Below, in pieces: positions 21,493 to 29,897 of a DNA stretch of 64,000 nt; position 1 is the stretch's first letter; every line of letters begins with the position of its first letter. The notes beneath the pieces were generated by a model, which was not told the DNA's origin, ran no database searches, and saw only the letters and a list, made by a program, of their open reading frames with translations. Both the position numbers and the translations under genes were made by a program. Origin of the DNA: Candidatus Latescibacterota bacterium (GTDB taxonomy: Bacteria; Latescibacterota; CBDCVA01); the NCBI GenBank assembly GCA_965222935.1, contig CBDCVA010000001.1:28389-92388 (forward strand). Reading direction: 5' to 3'.

Positions 21493-22254
21493 TCAATCCT
21501 CCTCGTCTGGATGGGCAAATGTCCGCTTCAAGGCGCCCCATGAAGTCTCCCTGACCACGGTATATGGGTATCGAAAAGTTTCTGGGTCGCGCTCCTCGCC
21601 GTTTATCGTCGCTGAGCGAAGGCGCAGGTGATTCTTCATATGGTACTGGTCGTTAGCGCTTCCCGATTGTATTAGCATCCCATCCACGCTAAAATATGGT
21701 ATACCAAGGCCAGGGCTAAAGTACACTTGTCGCCATTCATAGTAGTACGACACTCCGCCTCTCGGGTAGCCATCTGGCGTGTATAACGAGGGCTTCTCAT
21801 CTCCGTGTCCCAGAAGTTCAAAGTTCCCCCATCCACGTGCTACTACTAGCGTATCTGATTCTGTCTCGGGAATACTGTATGACTGATCGCCGGACTTGAA
21901 TTGGTATAGCGCGATGTCGCCTTCCCGTCCTCGAAATACCAGATTATTGCCGTCGAACCTCACTTTTTGACCCGCTGGAAAGAAGGAGAGTACGGGGGGA
22001 TCTTCGTAAGGCATGGGACTGAAGACGTAATAGGTATACCCCTCGATGTCTTCCGTGTGCGTAATGCGAATGGTTATATAGCGACCGGTTCTATCACCTG
22101 AACCTTCCGTTAGATAATTGAAATAGCCATGCTCGTAATCCCAACTGTTGCCCACCGCTAGCGGCAGCATTTGGTCAGCAGTTGCCACCGACTCCTGGGC
22201 TTCAGCCCATGACGCAGCCTACAACCCCATGATCAAGACGGCTATGGTTTTCAT
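21493..22254 (-). pseudogene. Secreted hypothetical protein (P2) interrupted by an in-frame TAG inside its signal peptide
   Basis: The frame reads MKTIAVLIMGL-TAG-AASWAEAQESVATADQML..., with the TAG at 22219-22221 in frame with the 231-aa ORF. The C-terminus is RETSWGALKRTF. Confidence 0.55.
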
Positions 22255-22431
22255 CATCTGCATCCTATGGGTTAGGGTAGGCTCGACCAACTTAAGTCCG
22301 TCCTCGCGTCTCAGCCATTCTCCACCGCCAGTGGACGGGCACTCAAGCTGAGTGCGGTGTGAGCTATATCCTATGCCTGTCATGGCACGACCTCTTTTAA
22401 GGGGTAGGAAAGCTAATATACCCTGATCTCA

Positions 22432-23903
22432 TCATTTGACGAGGACCATCGTTCGCGTGGACTTCAAGGTTGCCGTCGTCAACCGATAGAAGAACATCCC
22501 GGAGCCGGCGGAGTTTCCCCGGTCGTCCCGGCCATCCCAGGGGATCTGATACCTGCCCGTTGGATAGACGCCCTCCATCAGGGTGGCCACCGATTGGCCG
22601 GTCAGGCTGAAGACCTCCAGCGAAAGGCGCTCCGTTCGCGGCAGGTGAAAGGCGATGTGGGTCTCGCCGTTGAAGGGATTGGGGTGGTTCTGAAAGAGGT
22701 GGAAGGACTGCGGTTCGCCCCCGCCGCTTTCGCCCTCGGTGGAAGTAGGCGAGGCCGGAGGCAGGGACGAACTGTCCCACTTCATCACGCCGCCATAATC
22801 TGATCCGAGCCAGAGATGGCCTTCATCGTCCATGACGGCGGACTCCGCGCGAAACTCGTCGTAAGGAAACGCGGTCCAGGATGTACCATCCAGCACGCCG
22901 AAAGTGCTGGCAGCGATCCAAAGTCTACTATAGCTGTCTTCATTCATGTGATATGCTCCTCTAAAATCCTCCCTATCGTACTTGCTCCAGGTTCCCTTCT
23001 CACGAACGTATAACCCATAAACCCCCCCTACCCACACCCGGTTCTTACGGTCCGCGAATACCGTGTGAATACTCCCCTGACCTGGGACCTGGTAAGAAAT
23101 CCACTGACTGCCGTCGAATGAAATGATCGAGTAGTCATGAGGGGGGGGGGGGATGGCGTACCTGGGAGTACACCCACATCTTCTGGGAATATATCGGCCC
23201 AGACTGTGCCCGACGTGTCCACCGCAATCCGCCAAACTTGCCCCTCTGGAATGCCATCTTCATGACCGTATTTCCACCAGTCCTGACCGTCGAAACGGTA
23301 GATCAGGTGTTCGCTTACGAACCACACATTCCCATTCGGCGCCACAGCAAGACCTGTCCCGCCTGGCACAATGTTGTATCGGTACCAGTTCTGGCCATCG
23401 AAACGGGTGACGCCGCCGCTACCGATCAACCACAAGTGACCCCGTTGGTCCACGTCCACACCCCATCTAGAGCCATCTGCCAGGCCGTCCCTTGTGGTAA
23501 AGGTAGTCCAGCTTTCACCGTCGAAGTGGCTCAGCCCACTTGCAGTGTTCACCCATAAACTGCTATCGGGGTCTATGACAATCTTACCTGTGCTCCCGGG
23601 AGCCGGCCCCTGAGCCGAAGTGCCGCCGCCGCCCTGGCTCACAACCGCCGTTATACCGGTCAAGCGCGTTCCCTGTCCGGTTCCCGTCACGGCCGATGAC
23701 ACGGTCACCGGGGTGGGCAGGCCCACATCCACCACCGTCGGCGCATTGAAAGACCGCAGCACAGAGCCGCTGGTCGTATAGTGCGTCACCTGTCGGGTCT
23801 CCTGCGCTATCAGCCCAGCGGGCAAAAGCAGGAGCAAAGCCGCCCAGCAGCCCACCAGCCGGCGGAGTTGAGTGCGGTGTGAACTATATCCTGTGTCCGT
23901 CAT
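22432..23903 (-). pseudogene. Secreted Reg_prop-type beta-propeller protein with T9SS/FlgD-Ig-like C-terminal domain (P1), split by a frameshift at a homopolymer
   Basis: ORFs 23028-23903 and 22432-23235 carry the same repeat type (G..FDG..W.....DG). They change frame exactly at the C12 run. The C-terminus is FQNHPNPFNGET...WDGRDDRGNSAGSGMFFYRL...MVLVK. Confidence 0.7.
23141..23152. repeat. Homopolymeric G12 (C12 on the coding strand) tract
   Basis: Counted directly: twelve G between a23140 and a23153. A tract of 10 or 13 would restore one open frame. Confidence 0.9.
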
Positions 23904-24064
23904 GGCACGACCTCCTTTAAGGGGGAGTCACCCGTTCCGATTCCACGCGAAGCCCACCCTTGATATATGAAACCTACCCTCATGGCAAAAGGGTTTTTCT
24001 GCAAGGGGCCTGTCGCCGTCCCCCTGGCGCTCGGGCCTGTTCTCGGGATTTGAAATCCAGTCGG

Positions 24065-24093
24065 TTGACAGACGGGAGCGGCGCGGCTATATT
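24065..24093 (+). promoter_or_regulatory. Sigma70-type promoter (TTGACA-17 nt-TATATT)
   Basis: TTGACA at 24065-24070, a 17-nt spacer, then TATATT at 24088-24093, immediately upstream of the riboswitch. Confidence 0.6.
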
Positions 24094-24099
24094 CGGGTG

Positions 24100-24290
24100 A
24101 CGCCACGGGTTCGGGTGCCGATCCAGTATGGGATCGGAACAGGGAAGTGCGGTTTTGAAGCCGCCGCGGCCCCGCCACTGTGAGCGATGCACCACCCCGG
24201 CGCACGATGCCACTGGGGGCATGAGCCCTTGGGAAGGCGCGCACGGGGGTGTCGCGAGCCAGGAAACCTGCCCGGCCCAGACGGTCGCAC
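24100..24290 (+). promoter_or_regulatory. Cobalamin (B12) riboswitch
   Basis: The hallmark segments appear in order: AGGGAAGTGCGGTtttgAAGCCgccGCGGCCCCGCCACTGT, then GCCACTGGG...GGGAAGGCG, then the B12 box AGCCAGGAAACCTGCC (24257-24273). Confidence 0.85.
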
Positions 24291-24347
24291 TGGACGCTTT
24301 CGAGGGGAAGGCGGTGACCGCGGCTTGCGAGCCGCAGGGGTAGGTTA

Positions 24348-24391
24348 CCCCCCGTCACTCCACCTCCGGAGAGGCGGGGGCGTTTTGTTTT
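24348..24391 (+). terminator. Candidate riboswitch expression-platform terminator
   Basis: An imperfect GC hairpin (cccccg...cctc cgga gagg cggggg) is followed by CGTTTTGTTTT. Confidence 0.4.
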
Positions 24392-24456
24392 AGTCCGCCC
24401 CCACCCCCGAACCTTTCTCTCCGAGAGCGCCCGGATGCCTCTCGAGGGAGAAAGCA

Positions 24457-26736
24457 GTGGCTCGAATCGGACACCTCGCTTCACCAGGACGGGCAACCCG
24501 CCCGCGAGACCTGCTCCTGGCCGCCGCGGTGGGGATCGTCGTTCACCTTCTGATCTTCACGCTTCCATATCGGCCCACATGGCTCTGGCGGCGAGCGGAG
24601 GCCCCCCGCTCCCCCGTGCGCGTCATCCTCGCGCCCCGTCAACCGCAAGCGGCACCAGCGCCGGCACCCGAACCCATCGCGCCACTGAAGCCTCGGACAT
24701 CCCCGCCTCCCTCGGCGCCGAGGGTGCCGCTCGAAGCGGCGCCGCCGCCCCAGGCTGCGCCGGAATCGGCCGGTCCACCGCCCGCGCAGCGCCCCATCGC
24801 GCCCGAGAAGCCAGTCGCGCCTTCCACGCTGGCCGCCCCCGCGCCGCCTCCCCCCGCAGAAACCCTGAGGGACCGACACGCCCGAGCGACGAGCATGGCC
24901 ACGGTCCTTGAGAGAGAAGACCTGGGGGCTGCCCTCGCGATCGACCTGGCGGGCGCGCTCGGCAGGCTGGCGGGCGTGGAGGTGCGCGAGTACGGGGGCC
25001 TGAGCGGGCTGGCGACGGTCTCGGTGCGCGGCGTGTCCGCGAGCCAGACGCTCGTGGTCGTGGATGGCATCCCCATGAGCGACGTCCAGACCGGCGGGAC
25101 GAACCTGCGCAGCATACCGCTCGATGAGGTGGAGCGCGTCGAGGTCATCCGGGGTCCGGCGGCGGCGCTGTACGGCGCCGATGCGGTGGGGGGCGTCATC
25201 GCGATTGCGACGCGGCGGGCGCAGGAGAGCGGGGTCGAGATCCGCTCCGAGCGCGGATTGTACGGTCTTGAGCGGTACGGCGTCGAGGGGCACTGGGTTG
25301 GGCGCGGTCTGGCGGTCACGGGGCTCTTCGGCCGGCATGGAGGTGATGGCGATTACCCGTACACCGGTAAAGACGGCTCACAGCGCATCCGGCGTAACGC
25401 GGGGTTCGATGAGTCGCACGGATTGGTACGCCTGCGGGCGGGCCGCCCTGGGCGCACGACCCTCGATCTCTTGTGGGAACGGACGCGGGATTTCAGGGAA
25501 GACCCGCCGGTGCTGGGTGGGGAGCCCCCTGGCAGCGATCCGTGGCGCGACCTGGAAGCCTGGGTGCGGGACCGTCGCGGGCGGGCGTACCTAACGCTGA
25601 CCCGGTCGCTCGCTCCGGGCATCGCGCTCGAGGCGCGCGCCGCGCGGCACGCTCTCACGCAGCGCCACATGGAGACCGCTTATGGTCCTCGCGCGCGTGT
25701 CGATACGGTGGCGACCGACTGGCGGCGGGCGACCACGCGGATGGCTAGCTTCGAGGCGCAGGCGGCGTTGGGCACCGAAGAGAGTACCCGCGCGAGCGCG
25801 CGCCTGGGTTGGGAGGGCCGCTGGGACGCGGTGCGAAGCACAAGCCTGGGCGGGAGCCGCAGGCGGCATGTCCGTCGTGCGGGCTGCCCTTTCGCCAGCG
25901 CGCTCGTGAGCTCGCCCCGGCTCGCACGGCAGTTGGGCGCCTCGTCCGCGAAGCTGCTTCTGGCGGGCCGGTACGACCGTTACAGCGATTTCGGCGGCCT
26001 GCGCAGCGCCAAGGTGGGCGCGACGGTCGCCTACGGCGATTCGGCCGGCCCGAAGGTGAGCCTTCGCGGCGGGTGGGGAACGGCCTATCGGGCGCCGACG
26101 ATGAACGAGCAATTCTGGTCGGGCTTCGGTGCCTCGGGCAATCCCAATATCCGGCCCGAACGCGCGGCGGGTTACGAGGCGGGGGCGGATTTCAACGCTC
26201 GCCGCCTGAGCGCCTCGGTGACGGCGTTCCGGACGACCATCGAGGATTTCATCCTCTGGTTCCGTTCCTTCGCCGCGTACTGGACGGCGCAGAACCTCGA
26301 CCGGGTGCGCACCCAGGGCGCGGAGGTGGAGGGGGCCTGGAGCGCCTGGCCGGGAAGGTTGGACATCAACTGGGCCTACACCTTTCTTGACGCGCGCGAC
26401 GCCCTCGGCGAGCGCAACCCCCTGTACGATGGAAAGTTCCTCGTCTATCGCCCCCGGCACGCGCTGGACGCCGAGGTAGCGCTTCGGCTGGGCGCAGCTC
26501 GCCTGGCGCTCGGCACGACCTATCGCTCGCGGCAGTACGTGACCCGCAGTAACACCAAGTGGCTCGGAGATTTCGCGACGTTCAACTTTCGGGTTGGCCA
26601 CCGCTTGTCCGTGCCCGGCGGAAGGCTCGCCTGGGGCCTCAAAGTCCTGAACCTGACCGATCGGGCGCACCAGTGGACGAGAGGCTACCCCCAGCCGGGA
26701 CGACTGTGGACGGTCACGACCGATCTCGAACTATGA
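24457..26736 (+). CDS. BtuB-like TonB-dependent receptor with an N-terminal TM anchor and proline-rich extension
   Basis: GTG start with GGGAG RBS, 65 nt after the terminator. The plug region GLATVSVRGVSASQTLVVVDGIPM...VEVIRGPAAALYGADAVGGVIAIATRR parallels E. coli BtuB. A ~550-aa barrel follows. Residues 1-145 are a TM helix plus a Pro/Ala-rich segment. Confidence 0.85.
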   Translation: MARIGHLASPGRATRPRDLLLAAAVGIVVHLLIFTLPYRPTWLWRRAEAPRSPVRVILAPRQPQAAPAPAPEPIAPLKPRTSPPPSAPRVPLEAAPPPQAAPESAGPPPAQRPIAPEKPVAPSTLAAPAPPPPAETLRDRHARATSMATVLEREDLGAALAIDLAGALGRLAGVEVREYGGLSGLATVSVRGVSASQTLVVVDGIPMSDVQTGGTNLRSIPLDEVERVEVIRGPAAALYGADAVGGVIAIATRRAQESGVEIRSERGLYGLERYGVEGHWVGRGLAVTGLFGRHGGDGDYPYTGKDGSQRIRRNAGFDESHGLVRLRAGRPGRTTLDLLWERTRDFREDPPVLGGEPPGSDPWRDLEAWVRDRRGRAYLTLTRSLAPGIALEARAARHALTQRHMETAYGPRARVDTVATDWRRATTRMASFEAQAALGTEESTRASARLGWEGRWDAVRSTSLGGSRRRHVRRAGCPFASALVSSPRLARQLGASSAKLLLAGRYDRYSDFGGLRSAKVGATVAYGDSAGPKVSLRGGWGTAYRAPTMNEQFWSGFGASGNPNIRPERAAGYEAGADFNARRLSASVTAFRTTIEDFILWFRSFAAYWTAQNLDRVRTQGAEVEGAWSAWPGRLDINWAYTFLDARDALGERNPLYDGKFLVYRPRHALDAEVALRLGAARLALGTTYRSRQYVTRSNTKWLGDFATFNFRVGHRLSVPGGRLAWGLKVLNLTDRAHQWTRGYPQPGRLWTVTTDLEL

Positions 26737-26769
26737 GACCGTTCTCTCATACATAGGAGGACCCCCAAC

Positions 26770-28128
26770 ATGCGACGTCTGCCCCGGACCCTGGCGGCCG
26801 CCGTACTCTTCGGCCTCAACCTCGCAGCGCCGGGCCGCGCCGACGAATTGGCGTACGGCGTCAATAGTCAAGACGAGACGGTGTCGATCTTCAACCTGAC
26901 GACAGGCGAGGTGCGCCCTAACGTCCTGGTCACGGGTGAGACCCCCGGTTCCATCTTCGTGCGCGGAGACCGCGCCTTCATCGTCAATTCGGCCGACAAC
27001 AACGTTCAGGTCGTGAACTTGCGGACCAACGCCACCGAGCAGTTCATCCCGACGGGCGACGGTTCGAACCCGTGGGACATCGCGTTCGGACCGGATGGCC
27101 GCGGCTACGTGACCAACCTGAGGACGCATGAAGTCATCGTGGTGGATCTCGGGACGGGCGCCACGCTCAATCGCATCCCCGTGGGGGGATCGCCGGAGGG
27201 TCTCGCCTTCGCGCGCGGTAAGCTGTACGTGGCGAACACGGGCTTCGTCCGGTTCGACGGGGAGTTGGGCCGTTCCATCTACGATCCGGGTGTGATCTCG
27301 GTCATCGATCCGGGGACGGGGAGCGTGGTAGGTGAGATCGCCGTGGGCAGCAACCCGCAGTACGTGGTACTCGATCCCGAAGGTAACTTGCTGGTCGCCC
27401 AAACGGGGGATTTCGCGGAGATCTTCGGCAGCATTGAGGTCATCGATACCTCGACCGACGCGGTGGTCACGACGGTCCCCATCGAGGCCTTCCCGGGTCG
27501 CATCGCCGTGACGCCGGAGGGCAAGGCTTACGTCACGGTCTTCAAACCCGATTTTACCAGCGCGGTGGTGGTCTTCGACGCGCGCAGCCGGACGTTCGTC
27601 CGCGGGCCTGGCGACCCCATCGAGGGGATCGCCGCCGCCTTCTTCGCCGCTGTGGCGCCGACGAGCGGCCATGTGATCGTGGCGGGATCGAACTTCTTCG
27701 ACGTGAACAAGCTCTACGTCATCGACCCCGAGACGGACGCGGTGATCGGAGAGTTCGACGGCGGAGTGGGGCTGAGCAGCGTCGCGGTCTACGACTCCGA
27801 GCGGCCCACAGCCGTGGCCGAGATCCCTTCACCCGAGCTGCCGGCGCGCTTCGAGTTGGGCTCCGGTTTCCCGAACCCCTTCAATCCCACGGTGACCCTG
27901 TCCTTTGCGCTGCCGGGTCCGGACGCGACGCCGGTTCGGCTCGCCGTGTTCGACGCCCGAGGGGCGCGCGTCACCAAGCTCGTGGAAGGCCGCCTGCGGG
28001 CGGGTCTTTACCGCGCGACGTGGGATGGCCGCGATGAGGGAGGAAGACCGGTCGCGTCGGGCGTCTACCTGATCCGCATGGAGACGGACGGGTTCGGCGC
28101 AACGCGCGCGGTAACCCTCGCGCGCTGA
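26770..28128 (+). CDS. YVTN-type beta-propeller surface protein with T9SS/FlgD-Ig-like C-terminal domain
   Basis: AGGAGG RBS and signal peptide MRRLPRTLAAAVLFGLNLAAPGRA. Repeats of the YVTN/LYVAN/AYVTV type. The C-terminus is GFPNPFNPTVTLSF...WDGRDEGGRPVASGVYLIRM...AVTLAR. Confidence 0.8.
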   Translation: MRRLPRTLAAAVLFGLNLAAPGRADELAYGVNSQDETVSIFNLTTGEVRPNVLVTGETPGSIFVRGDRAFIVNSADNNVQVVNLRTNATEQFIPTGDGSNPWDIAFGPDGRGYVTNLRTHEVIVVDLGTGATLNRIPVGGSPEGLAFARGKLYVANTGFVRFDGELGRSIYDPGVISVIDPGTGSVVGEIAVGSNPQYVVLDPEGNLLVAQTGDFAEIFGSIEVIDTSTDAVVTTVPIEAFPGRIAVTPEGKAYVTVFKPDFTSAVVVFDARSRTFVRGPGDPIEGIAAAFFAAVAPTSGHVIVAGSNFFDVNKLYVIDPETDAVIGEFDGGVGLSSVAVYDSERPTAVAEIPSPELPARFELGSGFPNPFNPTVTLSFALPGPDATPVRLAVFDARGARVTKLVEGRLRAGLYRATWDGRDEGGRPVASGVYLIRMETDGFGATRAVTLAR

Positions 28129-28328
28129 CACGCATCGGCTTCTTCTTTCAATCGGCTTAGAGCCAGCACGCTTTCGTCCGTTGGAGACCGTCCGCGAAAA
28201 AGGGGCGTGACGAGCGGGGAAGAGCGTGCATACTCACGTAGGATGGGGTCAGGGCTAGAAGCGGCTTCGCCATCCATGACCGGACACAGCCTGGCGAAAG
28301 TCGCCGCACTGACCGGCAACCCATGCGA

Positions 28329-29897
28329 TCATGCCTCGAGGGGGTCGAAGAAGGTCAGATCGGCACCAAAATTCTCCATTGCTGCGACGGCGTCGCCACG
28401 GAGGCGGACCTGAATGTCCCGCGTCCGATGCTTCAGGACCAGCTTCTCCTCTCCAAGTGGATACCGCAGGCTGATCGGTCGGTCCACCGGAGGCGCCGCG
28501 AAGAAGGCGTACGCACCCCCAACGCGCGGCGAGGCGGCACCCTCGACGACGATCTCATCCGAGGACACCCAGGGAGGGATACGAACGAACAGCGGCCCCG
28601 GCTTTTGAAGCGTGATGCGAAGGGCCGGACCCGTGTAGATCGCCTCCACCCCGATGGCCTCCGTACGGTGGTCGAAGAGGAGGTTGACCCGGTGCTCGGC
28701 GCCGTCGAACCGCGTCGCTTCCCGGTAGGCCTCGCACAGGGAGCCGACCGCACCGCCCACGATGTCCATGTTGAAGCTGACCCTTTCGATCCCCAGGGGC
28801 TCGTGGCCGTAAGGCGCGGGAAAGCCGAATGCGCCCAGGTGACGGTCGGCGACGTCCCGCAATCCATCCTCGCCGTGGGGGTTGGGCGGGTCGGTGATGA
28901 AGGAGATGTCCCTGAGCTGCGATGGCAGGAGGTGACCTCGCAGGATGCGCTCGGCATCGTGGAAGCCTTCGGGATAGCCCCACCGGCCGAGGATCAGGGC
29001 GGTCTCGATGATGTCGCCGGTGTTGTTCACCTCGCCGCGGTCGGGACTGGCGTCATCGCGGCTGCTCTCGATCACCCAGCCGAGGTCGTCTCGGATCTGC
29101 CACAGACCGCCGTCGTAGAAGGCCTTGACACGGTCCATCAGGGCTGAGTCGGACGTCAGTTCAGCTAGCTGAGCAAGCGAGGACATGACGCACGTCGTCG
29201 AGTGCGTGTGATCCCCGAAAACCTCGGAATCGTACGCGCCGTCCTCACCGAAGCATTCATCGATCGCTTTGTCTTTCAGAACCACCGCCAGATCGAGCGC
29301 CGGGCCGTAGTCGGTCACCCGGTAGATTTTGACGAGCGGGCCGATGGCGCGGGCCAGGCCACTGATGAAGGTCGGGTTATCCCTGTAATTCAGGCCGTGA
29401 TCGCCTTCGAGGCGCCGCCCATCCCATCCCGCCTCGGGGTCCCAGTACTCGAAAATGGCGGCGATGCTAGCCTCTATCAGCTCGCGTGCGCGCACTGAGC
29501 CGCGGTATCGGGCGAGGGCGTAGAGCGCATGAAATCCTTCGCGTATGCTGTGCGGGATGAAGTTCACGAGCGGTCCGCCCATCTCTTCACGATTGAGCGG
29601 CAGCGGGAGCGGACCACTGTAGGAGAAGAAAGCGGCGCGTGCGTGTTTCTCGACGGCGGCTTCATCGAGGGCGATGCCGGCGGCGTCTTCGGCCTCCAGA
29701 AGCGCGTTCAGATGCCGCCCGGGGACGTGCGCCTCGGAATTGAAGCGGCTGAAGGTGAGACGCGCCTCGGGACGCACCCGCGAACCGAAGAACGGGGTGT
29801 CGTTGTCGTCGGCATTGAAGACGCTGGACATGGTGCGGCAGCCCAGACGAATGGCGTCATGGATGTCAGTTGTGTTGACGTCGGAGAGTTTCGCCAT
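28329..29897 (-). CDS. Hypothetical protein, possibly an (alpha/alpha)6-barrel glycoside-hydrolase-like enzyme
   Basis: Start ATG at 29897 with AAGGAG RBS, 522 aa. The fold and family guess is weak (resemblance to DUF1680/GH127-like proteins from memory only). Confidence 0.5.
   Translation of the reverse strand: MAKLSDVNTTDIHDAIRLGCRTMSSVFNADDNDTPFFGSRVRPEARLTFSRFNSEAHVPGRHLNALLEAEDAAGIALDEAAVEKHARAAFFSYSGPLPLPLNREEMGGPLVNFIPHSIREGFHALYALARYRGSVRARELIEASIAAIFEYWDPEAGWDGRRLEGDHGLNYRDNPTFISGLARAIGPLVKIYRVTDYGPALDLAVVLKDKAIDECFGEDGAYDSEVFGDHTHSTTCVMSSLAQLAELTSDSALMDRVKAFYDGGLWQIRDDLGWVIESSRDDASPDRGEVNNTGDIIETALILGRWGYPEGFHDAERILRGHLLPSQLRDISFITDPPNPHGEDGLRDVADRHLGAFGFPAPYGHEPLGIERVSFNMDIVGGAVGSLCEAYREATRFDGAEHRVNLLFDHRTEAIGVEAIYTGPALRITLQKPGPLFVRIPPWVSSDEIVVEGAASPRVGGAYAFFAAPPVDRPISLRYPLGEEKLVLKHRTRDIQVRLRGDAVAAMENFGADLTFFDPLEA

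Noticed and set aside
23900-24496. 198-aa minus-strand ORF covering the region between P1 and the TonB-dependent receptor.
   Set aside because: It lies exactly over the plus-strand promoter, cobalamin riboswitch and terminator. Its product is Arg/Gly/Pro-rich with no RBS.
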